DNA from: Candidatus Micrarchaeota archaeon
GTDB taxonomy: Archaea; Micrarchaeota; Micrarchaeia; Micrarchaeales; CABMGC01
Length of the DNA: 64,000 bases
NCBI GenBank assembly: GCA_028867025.1
Contig: JAGWHC010000001.1
Span: 275,198 to 339,197, forward strand
Direction of reading: 5' to 3'
A program made the translations under genes and the position numbers. The notes beneath the pieces are model-generated. The model was not told where the DNA came from. It was given only the letters and a program-made list of their open reading frames with translations, and did not search any database. Positions within the stretch are counted from its first letter, which is position 1; each line of letters opens with the position of its first letter. This document shows, in pieces, positions 9,501 through 18,391 of this stretch.

Positions 9501-9511
9501 TTATATTTATA
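9501..9511 (-). promoter_or_regulatory. Putative internal TATA box for rpl29-sui1
   Basis: TATAAATATAA on the minus strand, ~25-35 nt upstream of the rpl29 ATG, just after the rps3 stop. Confidence 0.4.
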
Positions 9512-9513
9512 GC

Positions 9514-10140
9514 TTACTTTGCGGCCTCCAGCGCCTTCGGCATCTCTATCTTCTTGACCTGGCGGTCCGGGAACTGCGTGCCCGGCTGGACTATCCTTAC
9601 GTATATGCCTATCGCCCCGTACTTTGGATAAGAGGTCACGTGAGCCTCGTCCACCAGCTTGACTGTATCGCCTGCTTTGGGAATGTAGCCGAACCTTACC
9701 TTGATCTGCTTTGCCTTTGCTCCCTTTGCCGCGAGCTTTCCAGTTGCGACTATCTCGGCGCCGAGCGCGCCGTTGTCTATCACTGTCTTGAGCGTTGAGT
9801 GCAACAGGCTCCTCGCATTTGCGCCCCTCTCAAGCGCGTTGGCTATATGCCTGCCCACGAGCCTGGGCTCGAGCACCTCGTTCTTCACCTCCGCGACGCT
9901 TATCTGCGGGTTGTCTATCTTGAACCTTGCCTTGATCTCCTGGGTGATCGCGTCTATGGTTGAGCCTCCCCTGCCTATGACCCTGCCTGGATTGGTCACA
10001 TACGCGGTTATCCTTGTTATGACAGGAGTCTTCTGTATCTCGACCCTGGAGAAGCCCGCCCTGCTGAGCGTTTTCTCCAGATATTTGGATATCTCGTGCT
10101 TGACCATCGCATCTTCGATAAACTTTCTTTCCACTACCAT
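9514..10140 (-). CDS. rps3: 30S ribosomal protein S3 (uS3)
   Basis: ERKFI, RAGF, KH motif PGRVIGRGG, GAEI..GKL and GAIGI.V.I. Confidence 0.96.
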   Translation of the reverse strand: MVVERKFIEDAMVKHEISKYLEKTLSRAGFSRVEIQKTPVITRITAYVTNPGRVIGRGGSTIDAITQEIKARFKIDNPQISVAEVKNEVLEPRLVGRHIANALERGANARSLLHSTLKTVIDNGALGAEIVATGKLAAKGAKAKQIKVRFGYIPKAGDTVKLVDEAHVTSYPKYGAIGIYVRIVQPGTQFPDRQVKKIEMPKALEAAK

Positions 10141-10144
10141 GAGT

Positions 10145-10768
10145 TCACTTCTTTGCCACCGCCTCGGCCTTCGCCGGTGCCTTCTCCTCCCTTGCCTTGG
10201 GCTTCGCCGCGGCTGCAGGCTTTGATTTGACTGAGCGCACCGGGTTCCTTACTCTTATCAGGCGCTTCATGTTCTCGGTCAGGGAAGCGGCGCTCGGGTT
10301 GGCGAGCCCTATCTCGATCTTCGCATACTCGATGTCGCTGTGTGTTCTTGCCGACATGCCATACATTCCCCTGCCCCACGAAAGCGAACCCTTTGACGGG
10401 TTCCTCCTTGCTATGTTCGTCTTGTTTGCGGACGCGTGGACTATGTAAAGCGAGTCCTCGTCGAGCCCCTTGCTCCTCGAATTCGCTATTGCGTTCATCA
10501 ACGCCAATCTTATTTCCTTAGCCGCCTTTGCCGGATAGGCTCCCTTTCTTCCGCCGAGCTCATGCCTCGAGCCCATGTGCTTGTTGAACTTGTGGAATGG
10601 AATGGGAGTCTGTATTCTTGCTATGCCCTCTATTACCTCGAACGCCCTGTCTGTCTTCAGGTACCTTATTGCGTCGCAGACGGCGCACAGGTCCTTGTAG
10701 CTCGCGTCGACATCGTATCTCTGCGCCATGCCTACTGAATCGCTTGGTATGTTCATCGAGTATCTCAT
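10145..10768 (-). CDS. rpl22: 50S ribosomal protein L22 (uL22)
   Basis: ASYK...VC.AI, YPAKAA, NAIAN...KGLD and LYIVHASAN; operon position. Confidence 0.93.
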   Translation of the reverse strand: MRYSMNIPSDSVGMAQRYDVDASYKDLCAVCDAIRYLKTDRAFEVIEGIARIQTPIPFHKFNKHMGSRHELGGRKGAYPAKAAKEIRLALMNAIANSRSKGLDEDSLYIVHASANKTNIARRNPSKGSLSWGRGMYGMSARTHSDIEYAKIEIGLANPSAASLTENMKRLIRVRNPVRSVKSKPAAAAKPKAREEKAPAKAEAVAKK

Positions 10769-11161
10769 CTACTTCACCGCGAGGAACTTGCTTCCTCTGG
10801 TTGCCCTTATTCCAGGAGCCGAATGCACGACGCGCTTTGTAGTGAACGCGAACTCACCGAGCCTGTGACCGAGCATGTCCGGCGTTATTGTCATCTCCTT
10901 GAACTCCTTACCGTCATGCACCGCGAACTTCACTCCGACCCAACTTGGCAGTATGACTGCTTCGCGGAGCTGCGTCTTTATCACTTTGCCTCCGCCGTTC
11001 TTCTTCACCTCCTCGATTATTCCCATCAGCTGTTTGTATCCGAGGCTCATGCGCTTCAGCGCCCTCCTCTGCCTTGCTGTTATCAGCTTGGAATAATCAG
11101 CCAAGCTCATCTTCTGGAGCTCCTCCAGGCTTTTTCCTCTGAAAGCGAATACTCTTGGCAT
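10769..11161 (-). CDS. rps19: 30S ribosomal protein S19 (uS19)
   Basis: FRGKSLEELQ and MLGHRLGEFA.T.K.V.HSAPGI.ATRGSKF. Confidence 0.96.
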   Translation of the reverse strand: MPRVFAFRGKSLEELQKMSLADYSKLITARQRRALKRMSLGYKQLMGIIEEVKKNGGGKVIKTQLREAVILPSWVGVKFAVHDGKEFKEMTITPDMLGHRLGEFAFTTKRVVHSAPGIRATRGSKFLAVK

Positions 11162-11163
11162 CT

Positions 11164-11883
11164 TCAGCTCCTCTTCTTCCTACCTACCCTTCTTGCAGCT
11201 ATGTGGCCGACCTTTGCCCCTGGAGGCGCGTTCCTGGATACCATGCTCGAAGCGCCCTTGTGATGCTGCTTGCCTCCGAACGGATGATCGACAGGGTTTG
11301 CCTTGACTCCCCTGTGGTGGGGCCATGGCGCGTTTATTGCATGATGCATGTAGTGGCTCTTGCCAGCGCTGAGTATCGGCTGCGCGTCTGCGCCGCCTCC
11401 TGCTACAGCGCCTATCTGTGCCCTGCACTCGGGCTTTATGTTAGTAATCTTTTTTGATGGCAGAAGCAAGCTTACCACGCCCTGCGTGTGCGAGACCACA
11501 GTAGCGTAGCTTCCTGCTGTTCTTGCCAGTTTGCCCCCATCTCCAGGCAAGGCCTCGATGTTGTACACCGGTGTGCCGTCAGGTATCTTGTCAAGTGGAA
11601 GAACACTGCCGAGCGTTATTTCTGCACTGCCACCTTCTTGTATTCTTGATCCTACGCGAATGCCCTCCGGAGCGATGAATATCGTTTCTGAGTTGTCCTC
11701 GTAGACGACGCGCATCAACGGCGCGCTGTGCCCCGGATCGTCTATCAGCTCCATCACCTCTCCCGTCATCCTGTTCTCTATCTTTCTGTTCGGGAAAGTA
11801 ACGTCCGCCTTGAATGTGTTAGGCGGTTTCCTGAACGCATTGGTTCCGCGTCCACGCCTTTGCTGATGAAGATTCTTTCCCAT
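11164..11883 (-). CDS. rpl2: 50S ribosomal protein L2 (uL2)
   Basis: MGK...QRRGRG, DPG.SAP, NPVDHPFGG and APPGAKVGHIAARR.G. Confidence 0.97.
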   Translation of the reverse strand: MGKNLHQQRRGRGTNAFRKPPNTFKADVTFPNRKIENRMTGEVMELIDDPGHSAPLMRVVYEDNSETIFIAPEGIRVGSRIQEGGSAEITLGSVLPLDKIPDGTPVYNIEALPGDGGKLARTAGSYATVVSHTQGVVSLLLPSKKITNIKPECRAQIGAVAGGGADAQPILSAGKSHYMHHAINAPWPHHRGVKANPVDHPFGGKQHHKGASSMVSRNAPPGAKVGHIAARRVGRKKRS

Positions 11884-11891
11884 TCGTTCAC

Positions 11892-12143
11892 CTATACTAG
11901 CTTTAGCTTGAGCGCTATGTCGCTCGCCTTGAACTTGCCGCTTATCTTTATGTACGCCCTCTTCCTGTTCCTGGGCTCGATCTCAACGTTAACCCTGTCA
12001 ACCTTGACCTTGAAGGTGTCCTCGAATTCCTTCTTTATCTGAGCCTTGTTAGACCTCAGATCCACCATGTAAGTGACTACGTTGTTCCTCTCTATCATGT
12101 TGATCGCTTTTTCAGTGGCTATGGGGTACATGAGCGCGTTCAC
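11892..12143 (-). CDS. rpl23: 50S ribosomal protein L23 (uL23)
   Basis: YPIATEKA..MIE..N, NKAQIK, F.VKV..VN and KRAYI; GTG start. Confidence 0.95.
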   Translation of the reverse strand: MNALMYPIATEKAINMIERNNVVTYMVDLRSNKAQIKKEFEDTFKVKVDRVNVEIEPRNRKRAYIKISGKFKASDIALKLKLV

Positions 12144-12997
12144 TGCATCACCATCTCCTTAACCATATGCGCTTTCTGCTTTGTCTCTGTGCCCCTCGCG
12201 TTCATGACGGATTTGCCGATGCCTTCGGCAAGTGACAGGAACGCGGCCTCCGACCAGACTGTAAGCCTAGGCCTGGCTCCCGGAGCAAGCTTCTCGACCT
12301 TCATCCTGTCAACTCCAAGAACATCGACGCCCGGAATGTTCCTCCCCGCCTTTTCAACGGAGCTCGAATCTTTTGCCACTATAAGAACGCTGTTCCTGAA
12401 ATACCTCTTTGCCACCTTTCTCCTCTTGCCCTGGTTCAGCCTTGGGTCATGGGATCTTGAGATGTCTTCGGACAGGCCGAGAGCTGAGAGCACCTTCAGC
12501 AGCTCCCTCGTCCTTGATATCTTTTCGATCTGCGACGACACAACCAATGGCAGCGTGCCCTTCTGGTAAGTGTGATTCTGTTTTATGAGAGCTGAGTTGC
12601 CTGTTCCTGCGACGGCGCTTGAAAGCGCTTTTTCATACTCCTTCCTGTTTATTCTCTCGATTATTGTCTTTTCGACCTTCTGCGGGTGCGCTCTCCTTCC
12701 CTTGACTGAAGAAGGTATCTTCCTGACTGCGCCCATTCCTCCCTTCGCAAGCCTCTGCCTGGGTCTCGGAGGCAGGCCAGTGTGTCTCTGCGTCCTGTAT
12801 GTGCCATATCTGCCAGTGTACGATGCCGACGTGTCCATTCCAGCAAGTAGGTAACGGCCCTGCGGCTGGTATTCCCTGCTTTGCTCCGCGAGCAAGGCGC
12901 GCCTGACTATGTCTTCGTTGAATGCTGTGCCGAAAACCTCAGGCAGTGCTATCTTTTTCTCCACCCTGCCATCGGTTTGGTAAACGTCGACTTCCAT
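12140..12997 (-). CDS. rpl4: 50S ribosomal protein L4 (uL4)
   Basis: LPEVF, GRRAHP, RINRKE...AL.SA and RNIPGVDV...LAPGA.PRLTVWSE. Confidence 0.95.
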   Translation of the reverse strand: MEVDVYQTDGRVEKKIALPEVFGTAFNEDIVRRALLAEQSREYQPQGRYLLAGMDTSASYTGRYGTYRTQRHTGLPPRPRQRLAKGGMGAVRKIPSSVKGRRAHPQKVEKTIIERINRKEYEKALSSAVAGTGNSALIKQNHTYQKGTLPLVVSSQIEKISRTRELLKVLSALGLSEDISRSHDPRLNQGKRRKVAKRYFRNSVLIVAKDSSSVEKAGRNIPGVDVLGVDRMKVEKLAPGARPRLTVWSEAAFLSLAEGIGKSVMNARGTETKQKAHMVKEMVMQ

Positions 12998-13962
12998 CAA
13001 GCTCCCTGCTTTGATTCAAGCGATATGTATGTTATCTTCGGTGCCACCGGCTTTCTGCTCGCCCTCAACGCCTTCCTTATCCTCAGTAGCCTTTTTGCCG
13101 GGCCCACCACCGAGCCGGCAAGCAGCAGATAATCGTTCTTGATTGTGCCGAAGTTCAGGAAGCCGCCGTTCGGCGTGACGCTTGCAGCATCCTGTATTGT
13201 GCCTATCTTAAGCACGCGCTTGTTTATCTCGGTCCTGTAGTTGAATCCAAGATGGCCGGCCTGGGGCACAGAGAAAAGGACTTTGCCGGGGCTGAAGGCG
13301 CCGAGAGGGGATATGTGCCTCCTCTTCCCAGTTGCCTTGTGGTACTGCCTCGAAGCTCCGAACCTGTGTATGGGTCCTTCCCATCCCTTGCCCATTGAAA
13401 TCCCGATTATGTCTATGAAATCGCCGTTCGCGAGGACCTCGCTTGGCTTTATCTCCTTGCCTATTGCTTTCTCGATGAATGCTATCTTCGAAGCTGTGTC
13501 CTTTCCGCCGACGGGGAACTCGAACCTTATCATCTTCTTTATACCTATTCCGAGAGGCGTTGGATCTGCAAACGCGAGTGCCGTTACCTCGTCGTACTCT
13601 CCGGCTTTTTTCTTTGCTTCTTCCACGTTGCCCGACTTCACCTTCTTTATCCCGACTTTCTCCGCCATGGCGGCATCGTAGACCTCGGTTGCGGGCTGCC
13701 TGTAGAGGTAGCTTTTCTTGTAGAGCCTTGCTCCGTAAACGAACATCTTTGGGAACACCACGACCGTGGCGGCCCTCGTGATTTCCTGGCCTTTCGTCGG
13801 TGACTGTGAATCGTCTATCATGCCTATGTGGGTCATCCCGGCCTTGAACGCCACGAGAGAGAGGACCGATGGCTCCGCTGGCGTGGGCCAGTTCCTGACT
13901 CTCGGAAGTAGCCTCTGCGCCCGTCTGTGGGGCCAATATTCTAGCGAACCTCTGTGACTCAT
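12997..13962 (-). CDS. rpl3: 50S ribosomal protein L3 (uL3)
   Basis: RGSL.Y.P.RRA, FKAGMTH, GKG..GP..RFG, VPQAG.LG...RTE.NK and GGF..FG. Confidence 0.96.
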   Translation of the reverse strand: MSHRGSLEYWPHRRAQRLLPRVRNWPTPAEPSVLSLVAFKAGMTHIGMIDDSQSPTKGQEITRAATVVVFPKMFVYGARLYKKSYLYRQPATEVYDAAMAEKVGIKKVKSGNVEEAKKKAGEYDEVTALAFADPTPLGIGIKKMIRFEFPVGGKDTASKIAFIEKAIGKEIKPSEVLANGDFIDIIGISMGKGWEGPIHRFGASRQYHKATGKRRHISPLGAFSPGKVLFSVPQAGHLGFNYRTEINKRVLKIGTIQDAASVTPNGGFLNFGTIKNDYLLLAGSVVGPAKRLLRIRKALRASRKPVAPKITYISLESKQGA

Positions 13963-14079
13963 GCCTATGCACTTGAAAAAGTAGCACAGCTGCGCTGTCA
14001 ACGTCGAAAACAGCTAACCTAATGGGCGATTTAGGTTTATAAAAGTGTTGGAAACGGGATGTTTGCGGAAGTAAAGCCG

Positions 14080-14517
14080 CTAGTCCTCGTCCAGCCCGAG
14101 CAGTTCCCGGAAAGCCCTTTTAATCGAGTCGGAGAAATCTGAAGCTGCTTCCATCTGCGGGCTTGTCGCCTTCAGCTTGTCCCTCTCCCCCTCGAACGAC
14201 TTGAGAGCGAGTTCGGGATCAGAGGTGAGCGCAACCACGTGGCAGCTCCAGTTGGTTTCGTCTATCATCTGGCTGGCGACGACGGCGATTTTGCTCGCGT
14301 TCCCGCTTGATACCTGATAGACGTTCACCTGTCTTACCACGGTGCCGTCTTCGCTCCGTATTGCGCTACCAACCTTTTCGTAGCTTATGTCCACTGCCCA
14401 CGGCAGTCCGCCATGCACGAACTCCTTCATCCTGAGTTCCGGAACCCCGAACTCTGCTGGAGCTATCGTGTACTTGAACCCCTTGTGTTCCCTTAGGACG
14501 GCTTCTTTTCCTGCCAT
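14080..14517 (-). CDS. Hypothetical protein
   Basis: 145-aa ORF with ATG start filling the intergenic gap; no motif recognised. Confidence 0.65.
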   Translation of the reverse strand: MAGKEAVLREHKGFKYTIAPAEFGVPELRMKEFVHGGLPWAVDISYEKVGSAIRSEDGTVVRQVNVYQVSSGNASKIAVVASQMIDETNWSCHVVALTSDPELALKSFEGERDKLKATSPQMEAASDFSDSIKRAFRELLGLDED

Positions 14518-14535
14518 TTATCCGCCTGTTTCAAA

Positions 14536-14748
14536 TCAGTAAGGATGATTGTGTGGGCTTGCTCTTTGGCGTTTTTGAGGGGCGTCTCTCAGAGGGAGCC
14601 TTGCGTCTGCTATGCGCCGCAGCACCTTGGAGACCTCAAGTTCTGTCTTGGACCTGACTACGCTGTCTATCACCTGCGCTTCTGGGGTTTCGACTAGCCA
14701 GGGTCTGGAGACTGGATTCTTTGACGTTTTGATATTGCCCGCAGTCAT
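14536..14748 (-). CDS. Small hypothetical protein
   Basis: ATG-started ORF between pcc1 and the 14080 ORF on the same strand; no motif. Confidence 0.45.
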   Translation of the reverse strand: MTAGNIKTSKNPVSRPWLVETPEAQVIDSVVRSKTELEVSKVLRRIADARLPLRDAPQKRQRASPHNHPY

Positions 14749-14779
14749 TATATCGTCTTTTGAGCTATTTCTTGACGGG

Positions 14780-15028
14780 CTATTTATGCTTTGTGTGCTG
14801 CTTCGTAAAAAGAGAGTCGACGTCACTCACGACCTTTAATTGCTTTACCGCGCTGGACACAGAAGCTAGCAATGCTATTGCATCGTCTGCTTCCACTCTT
14901 ATATCCACAGTGCCTGTTCCGGCTTTGAATGTCAGGGATCCTCTTTTATACTTCTTGCCCTTACCCAGAATCCTGACGTAGTCCTTGGCCTTCGGACCCA
15001 GCCTTAGTCTCAGGATGGCGCTGGGCAC
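14780..15028 (-). CDS. pcc1: KEOPS complex subunit Pcc1-like
   Basis: 82 aa; RGS...VDIRVEADDAIALLASVSS..KQL fits the Pcc1 pattern; adjacent to rpl15e. Confidence 0.65.
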   Translation of the reverse strand: MPSAILRLRLGPKAKDYVRILGKGKKYKRGSLTFKAGTGTVDIRVEADDAIALLASVSSAVKQLKVVSDVDSLFTKQHTKHK

Positions 15029-15036
15029 GCTCTCGC

Positions 15037-15612
15037 CTAATTGTCGCGCCTGCTCATTCCCTGCGCGACGCTCGGCCTGTTCCTGGAGGTCCCGAAGCCC
15101 TTGTTCACAATCCCCCTGAACTTCTTGCCTACGCTTGTCAATCCGCGCGTCGCCCTGCCACGATGGGATATGACTCTTGCGTATGCGGAGTCGTTGACTA
15201 TCGCAGGGTGCGTCCTGTCAAGCAAAATCACCTCGAAGAATTTGTAGTTGCCGTCTTCGCCTACGAAATATGAATTGAGCACCTCGCAGTTTGCAAACCT
15301 GTTTGCAGCCCTCTCCTCGGCACGTGCCTGAAGCGGCTTCCTGAAGGCGTAGAACCTACCCTCCTTGGACGGCTTCCTTCCGGCCTCTATCTTCCTCCTC
15401 TTGCTGAGCCCGCGGTCCACCCTGACTCTCGCTATCACAACTCCCTGCTTCGCCTTGTAGCCCAGTTCCCTTGCCCTCGCGACATTGGTGGGTTTCTCGA
15501 CCCGCTCCACAGGGGACTGCGCCCTCCACGCGGCTATGCGCTGCTTCAGCAGCGTCGATCGCGTAGCGTAGTCCTGCTGGAATGACCTGTTTATGTGCTT
15601 GTAGGCGTTCAC
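15037..15612 (-). CDS. rpl15e: 50S ribosomal protein L15e
   Basis: RVEKPT...RARELGYKAKQG, GRKPS, VLNSYFVGEDG.YKFFEVIL.D..HPAI and RGLTS.GK. Confidence 0.97.
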   Translation of the reverse strand: MNAYKHINRSFQQDYATRSTLLKQRIAAWRAQSPVERVEKPTNVARARELGYKAKQGVVIARVRVDRGLSKRRKIEAGRKPSKEGRFYAFRKPLQARAEERAANRFANCEVLNSYFVGEDGNYKFFEVILLDRTHPAIVNDSAYARVISHRGRATRGLTSVGKKFRGIVNKGFGTSRNRPSVAQGMSRRDN

Positions 15613-15648
15613 TTTTCCACCGAGAGAATAAGCCTTGCTCGCTGAATC

Positions 15649-16806
15649 TCACTTGTTGCTAATTATATCTGCCAACCCCTTTAAATACAAATAGGTTGCA
15701 GCGTAGGCCGGCAGTTCAAGTTCCTCGTTTTTGTATGGTCCGAACTCCCTCCCGTTGATGGCAAGCCTGTACCTGGAGTCGGCCCTGACTCTCAGCTCGC
15801 CTGTTTTGAACGCGAGCGCTCCCTTCATCGGGTCGAAAATCTCGAGGGCTGCGAGCGACGGCACCTTCTTGGCTATGAGCCCTGTGCCGCCGTGTATAGT
15901 GTTTGGCAGGCGCATGAGGTGCGAGGGGTCATTTGTCACTCCCTTGTCTATCCTGTTGCCCTGGTTGATTACCTGCCTGCTTAGCAGGTTCCCGAAGACG
16001 CTCTCCCTGTTTGGTATGCGTACGAAATCCCAGTTCCCCTGGGATATCTGCTCCCTCACCTTGACTATGTTCTTGAATATCCAGGATGCGGTGACCTTGT
16101 CAATACCAAGCGAAGTGAGGTCCTCCTTGCTGCTCGCGGCGTCAAGGAAAGCCTTCGCGACCTTGCCACGCCATCCGCCGTCTCCGGGCCCTGGTCCCAT
16201 CTGCTTCTCGTGCCTTGGATCTATCTTGACAGTGTAGAAGAATGAATTGTAGTCGGGCTCCTGCCCGAAGATGTAGTTGCTTATCTCCTCTCTCGCACTT
16301 TTGTTCAGCGAGAGCACGCTCTCCTTCCTTATGTGGACATGGTAGCCCCTGTTGCCGCTGAAGTTTATCTCCAGTTCCCTCTCTGAGAAGCCGAAGTCTG
16401 GAACGAGGAAGTTCTCTACCAGCTTTATCACCTCCTCCTTGGCCGCATCGAGGCACTTCTCGCACGCCCATTCCTTTCCGTGCTCTATCCTGCACGGCAG
16501 CTTCACTATATCGCCGGCATCTATGTCGAACCTCAGCTCTGAACCGAGCCATTCCTTCCTGTCCATGGGCGCGTCGGGGTTCTTGTAATAGGCTGCGGAG
16601 TAGTCCACGTGCAGCGGCGCAGTGTCAACTAGATACGAATGCAGCTCCCTTTCGTTCTTGAAAGACGTGTGCCTTACTGCTATCCTGCTCGCAAAACTTC
16701 CGAATCCGAATTCGCGCTGCTCGATCCTGTCTGGGGCTGCGCCTGTGGCTGACTTGTAGTAATCCCTTATGTATTCGGTCACTGTCTTGTTCCCGATGTC
16801 TGACAC
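15649..16806 (-). CDS. priS: DNA primase small (catalytic) subunit
   Basis: QREFGF, YSAAYY, ELRFDIDA, FSGNRGYHVH and IDKGVTND..HLMRLPNTIHG.TG. Confidence 0.95.
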   Translation of the reverse strand: MSDIGNKTVTEYIRDYYKSATGAAPDRIEQREFGFGSFASRIAVRHTSFKNERELHSYLVDTAPLHVDYSAAYYKNPDAPMDRKEWLGSELRFDIDAGDIVKLPCRIEHGKEWACEKCLDAAKEEVIKLVENFLVPDFGFSERELEINFSGNRGYHVHIRKESVLSLNKSAREEISNYIFGQEPDYNSFFYTVKIDPRHEKQMGPGPGDGGWRGKVAKAFLDAASSKEDLTSLGIDKVTASWIFKNIVKVREQISQGNWDFVRIPNRESVFGNLLSRQVINQGNRIDKGVTNDPSHLMRLPNTIHGGTGLIAKKVPSLAALEIFDPMKGALAFKTGELRVRADSRYRLAINGREFGPYKNEELELPAYAATYLYLKGLADIISNK

Positions 16807-16891
16807 AGGAGCCCCTATCTCTTTCTTGCGCCGAGCCTTTTATACTTTCACGTCGGCTTCGTGAAAGGAATAAAATACTTGGCTGGAAAGG

Positions 16892-17254
16892 ATGATCATG
16901 GAGGAGGTAAAGCAGGTCATAGTGGTGAGGAAGGACCTGAAGATGGGCGCCGGGAAGCTTGCTGCCCAGGTTGCACACGCATCCATGCTCAGCTACACCG
17001 AGTCACTAAAGAAAGACAAGGAGATAACGAGGGCTTGGTTTGATAGCGGACAGAAGAAAATTGTGCTTGAAGGCGACGATGAGAAAATGCTGGAGAGACT
17101 GTACAAGGCGTTCCAGTACGAGAAGGTTCCGTGCGCGCTTGTTAACGACGCTGGCCTCACGCAGCTTCCTCCTGGAACGACAACCGCGCTGGGAATAGGC
17201 CCGGATCTTGCTCAGAAGATAGACAAGTTCACCAAACCTTTGAAATTGCTCTGA
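16892..17254 (+). CDS. pth2: Peptidyl-tRNA hydrolase Pth2
   Basis: KQVIVVRKDLKMGAGKLAAQVAHA and DAGLTQLPPGTTTALGIGP. Confidence 0.96.
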   Translation: MIMEEVKQVIVVRKDLKMGAGKLAAQVAHASMLSYTESLKKDKEITRAWFDSGQKKIVLEGDDEKMLERLYKAFQYEKVPCALVNDAGLTQLPPGTTTALGIGPDLAQKIDKFTKPLKLL

Positions 17255-17257
17255 TTT

Positions 17258-17515
17258 CTAGCCATGCCTCCGCTTCAATAGAATCAGGATTATCTGGAAG
17301 GAAAAAGCAATCACATTGGTTATCAATATGGGCAGCGAGGCTAGAACGAACCCATAGATGGCCCACAGTCCATTGCCAGAAGTCATTATTCCGAGCCATC
17401 CCCAAGAGATATCCTTGGTTTTCCTGGTTCTATAAGATTTGATTATCTGAGGCAGCACCGCAATCGTAGTAAGCGCGCCTGCCACGAAACCCAGAATGTC
17501 TATCTGACTGAGCAT
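17258..17515 (-). CDS. SemiSWEET / PQ-loop family transporter (second copy)
   Basis: GFVAGALTTIAVLPQIIKSYRTRKTKDIS and WAIYG; GGTGA SD precedes the ATG. Confidence 0.88.
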   Translation of the reverse strand: MLSQIDILGFVAGALTTIAVLPQIIKSYRTRKTKDISWGWLGIMTSGNGLWAIYGFVLASLPILITNVIAFSFQIILILLKRRHG

Positions 17516-17590
17516 TTTGTTCACCAAACAGTATCTGCAGGCGCCGCCGGTTCAAGTGAGAAAATGAATAGACGGCGCCGCAAGCATTCT

Positions 17591-18382
17591 CTACACTCTT
17601 CGTATGTTAAGTACCGGGAATATCTTGGTTGCCATCTCTTCCGCAACCTGCCCTCTCAGCCATGGGTCTCTCTTGAGCTTTTTGTCGTAGAGCGGACCTA
17701 CGTTCCCCAACGGGCATGTGGCAAAGTCCCCTACTGCCTTCTCCTCTCCGGCTATCGCTTTGCCCAGAGGAGTTGACAGGTCACGTTCGTCTATACCTTC
17801 TGGGTTGTTCACTCCGAGGTATGTGAAGTCCCTCATTGGCAGACCGAGCGCGTCAGCGTGCATCAGATACCTGGTTCTCTTGAACTCCCAGCCGCATACA
17901 ACTACCTTATCGGGCATCTTCTTAGCCATGCGGTAGAACACTGCTGTAGAAAAGGCCACGTTTTCGAACGAGTCCCTTGCGAAATCGTCTATTGTTGCCC
18001 TCGCCCTTACTTCAGGAAGCTCATTCCACCTGAATTGGCCTGCTAGAATGTAGTAGCTTTGGCTCTCGCTCAGCGGAAGTGAGGTCTCGCCGTCTGGACG
18101 TTGGACATCCCTGGTTATGCCTCCGGAGAATACGAGAAGGCTCTTTGAAAGCTTGCCTGCAATGTCAACTCCTGCAAGCGCGTGCTGCGTATAGTATGGG
18201 GCCTCACCACGGAAGCCTCCGAGCCAGTAGTCGTCGTTGTTTGCGTGCTCCTTCTCCTTTCCTACATACACAGCATGTCCGGGAACGATGACAAGCTCCT
18301 GCAGCGACCTGTAGTCCTTGAAGCCGCTTACTCCCACCTGGGATGAGCCTGACATAATGCTGGACTGGGTTTTTGTGGGCAT
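17591..18382 (-). CDS. DUF218/Yor238w-like protein, paralogue 1
   Basis: LVIVPGHAV, LLVFSGG.T, SESQSY, FARDSFENVAFS, GWEFKRTR and KRDPW. Confidence 0.65.
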   Translation of the reverse strand: MPTKTQSSIMSGSSQVGVSGFKDYRSLQELVIVPGHAVYVGKEKEHANNDDYWLGGFRGEAPYYTQHALAGVDIAGKLSKSLLVFSGGITRDVQRPDGETSLPLSESQSYYILAGQFRWNELPEVRARATIDDFARDSFENVAFSTAVFYRMAKKMPDKVVVCGWEFKRTRYLMHADALGLPMRDFTYLGVNNPEGIDERDLSTPLGKAIAGEEKAVGDFATCPLGNVGPLYDKKLKRDPWLRGQVAEEMATKIFPVLNIRRV

Positions 18383-18391
18383 TCGATCACT

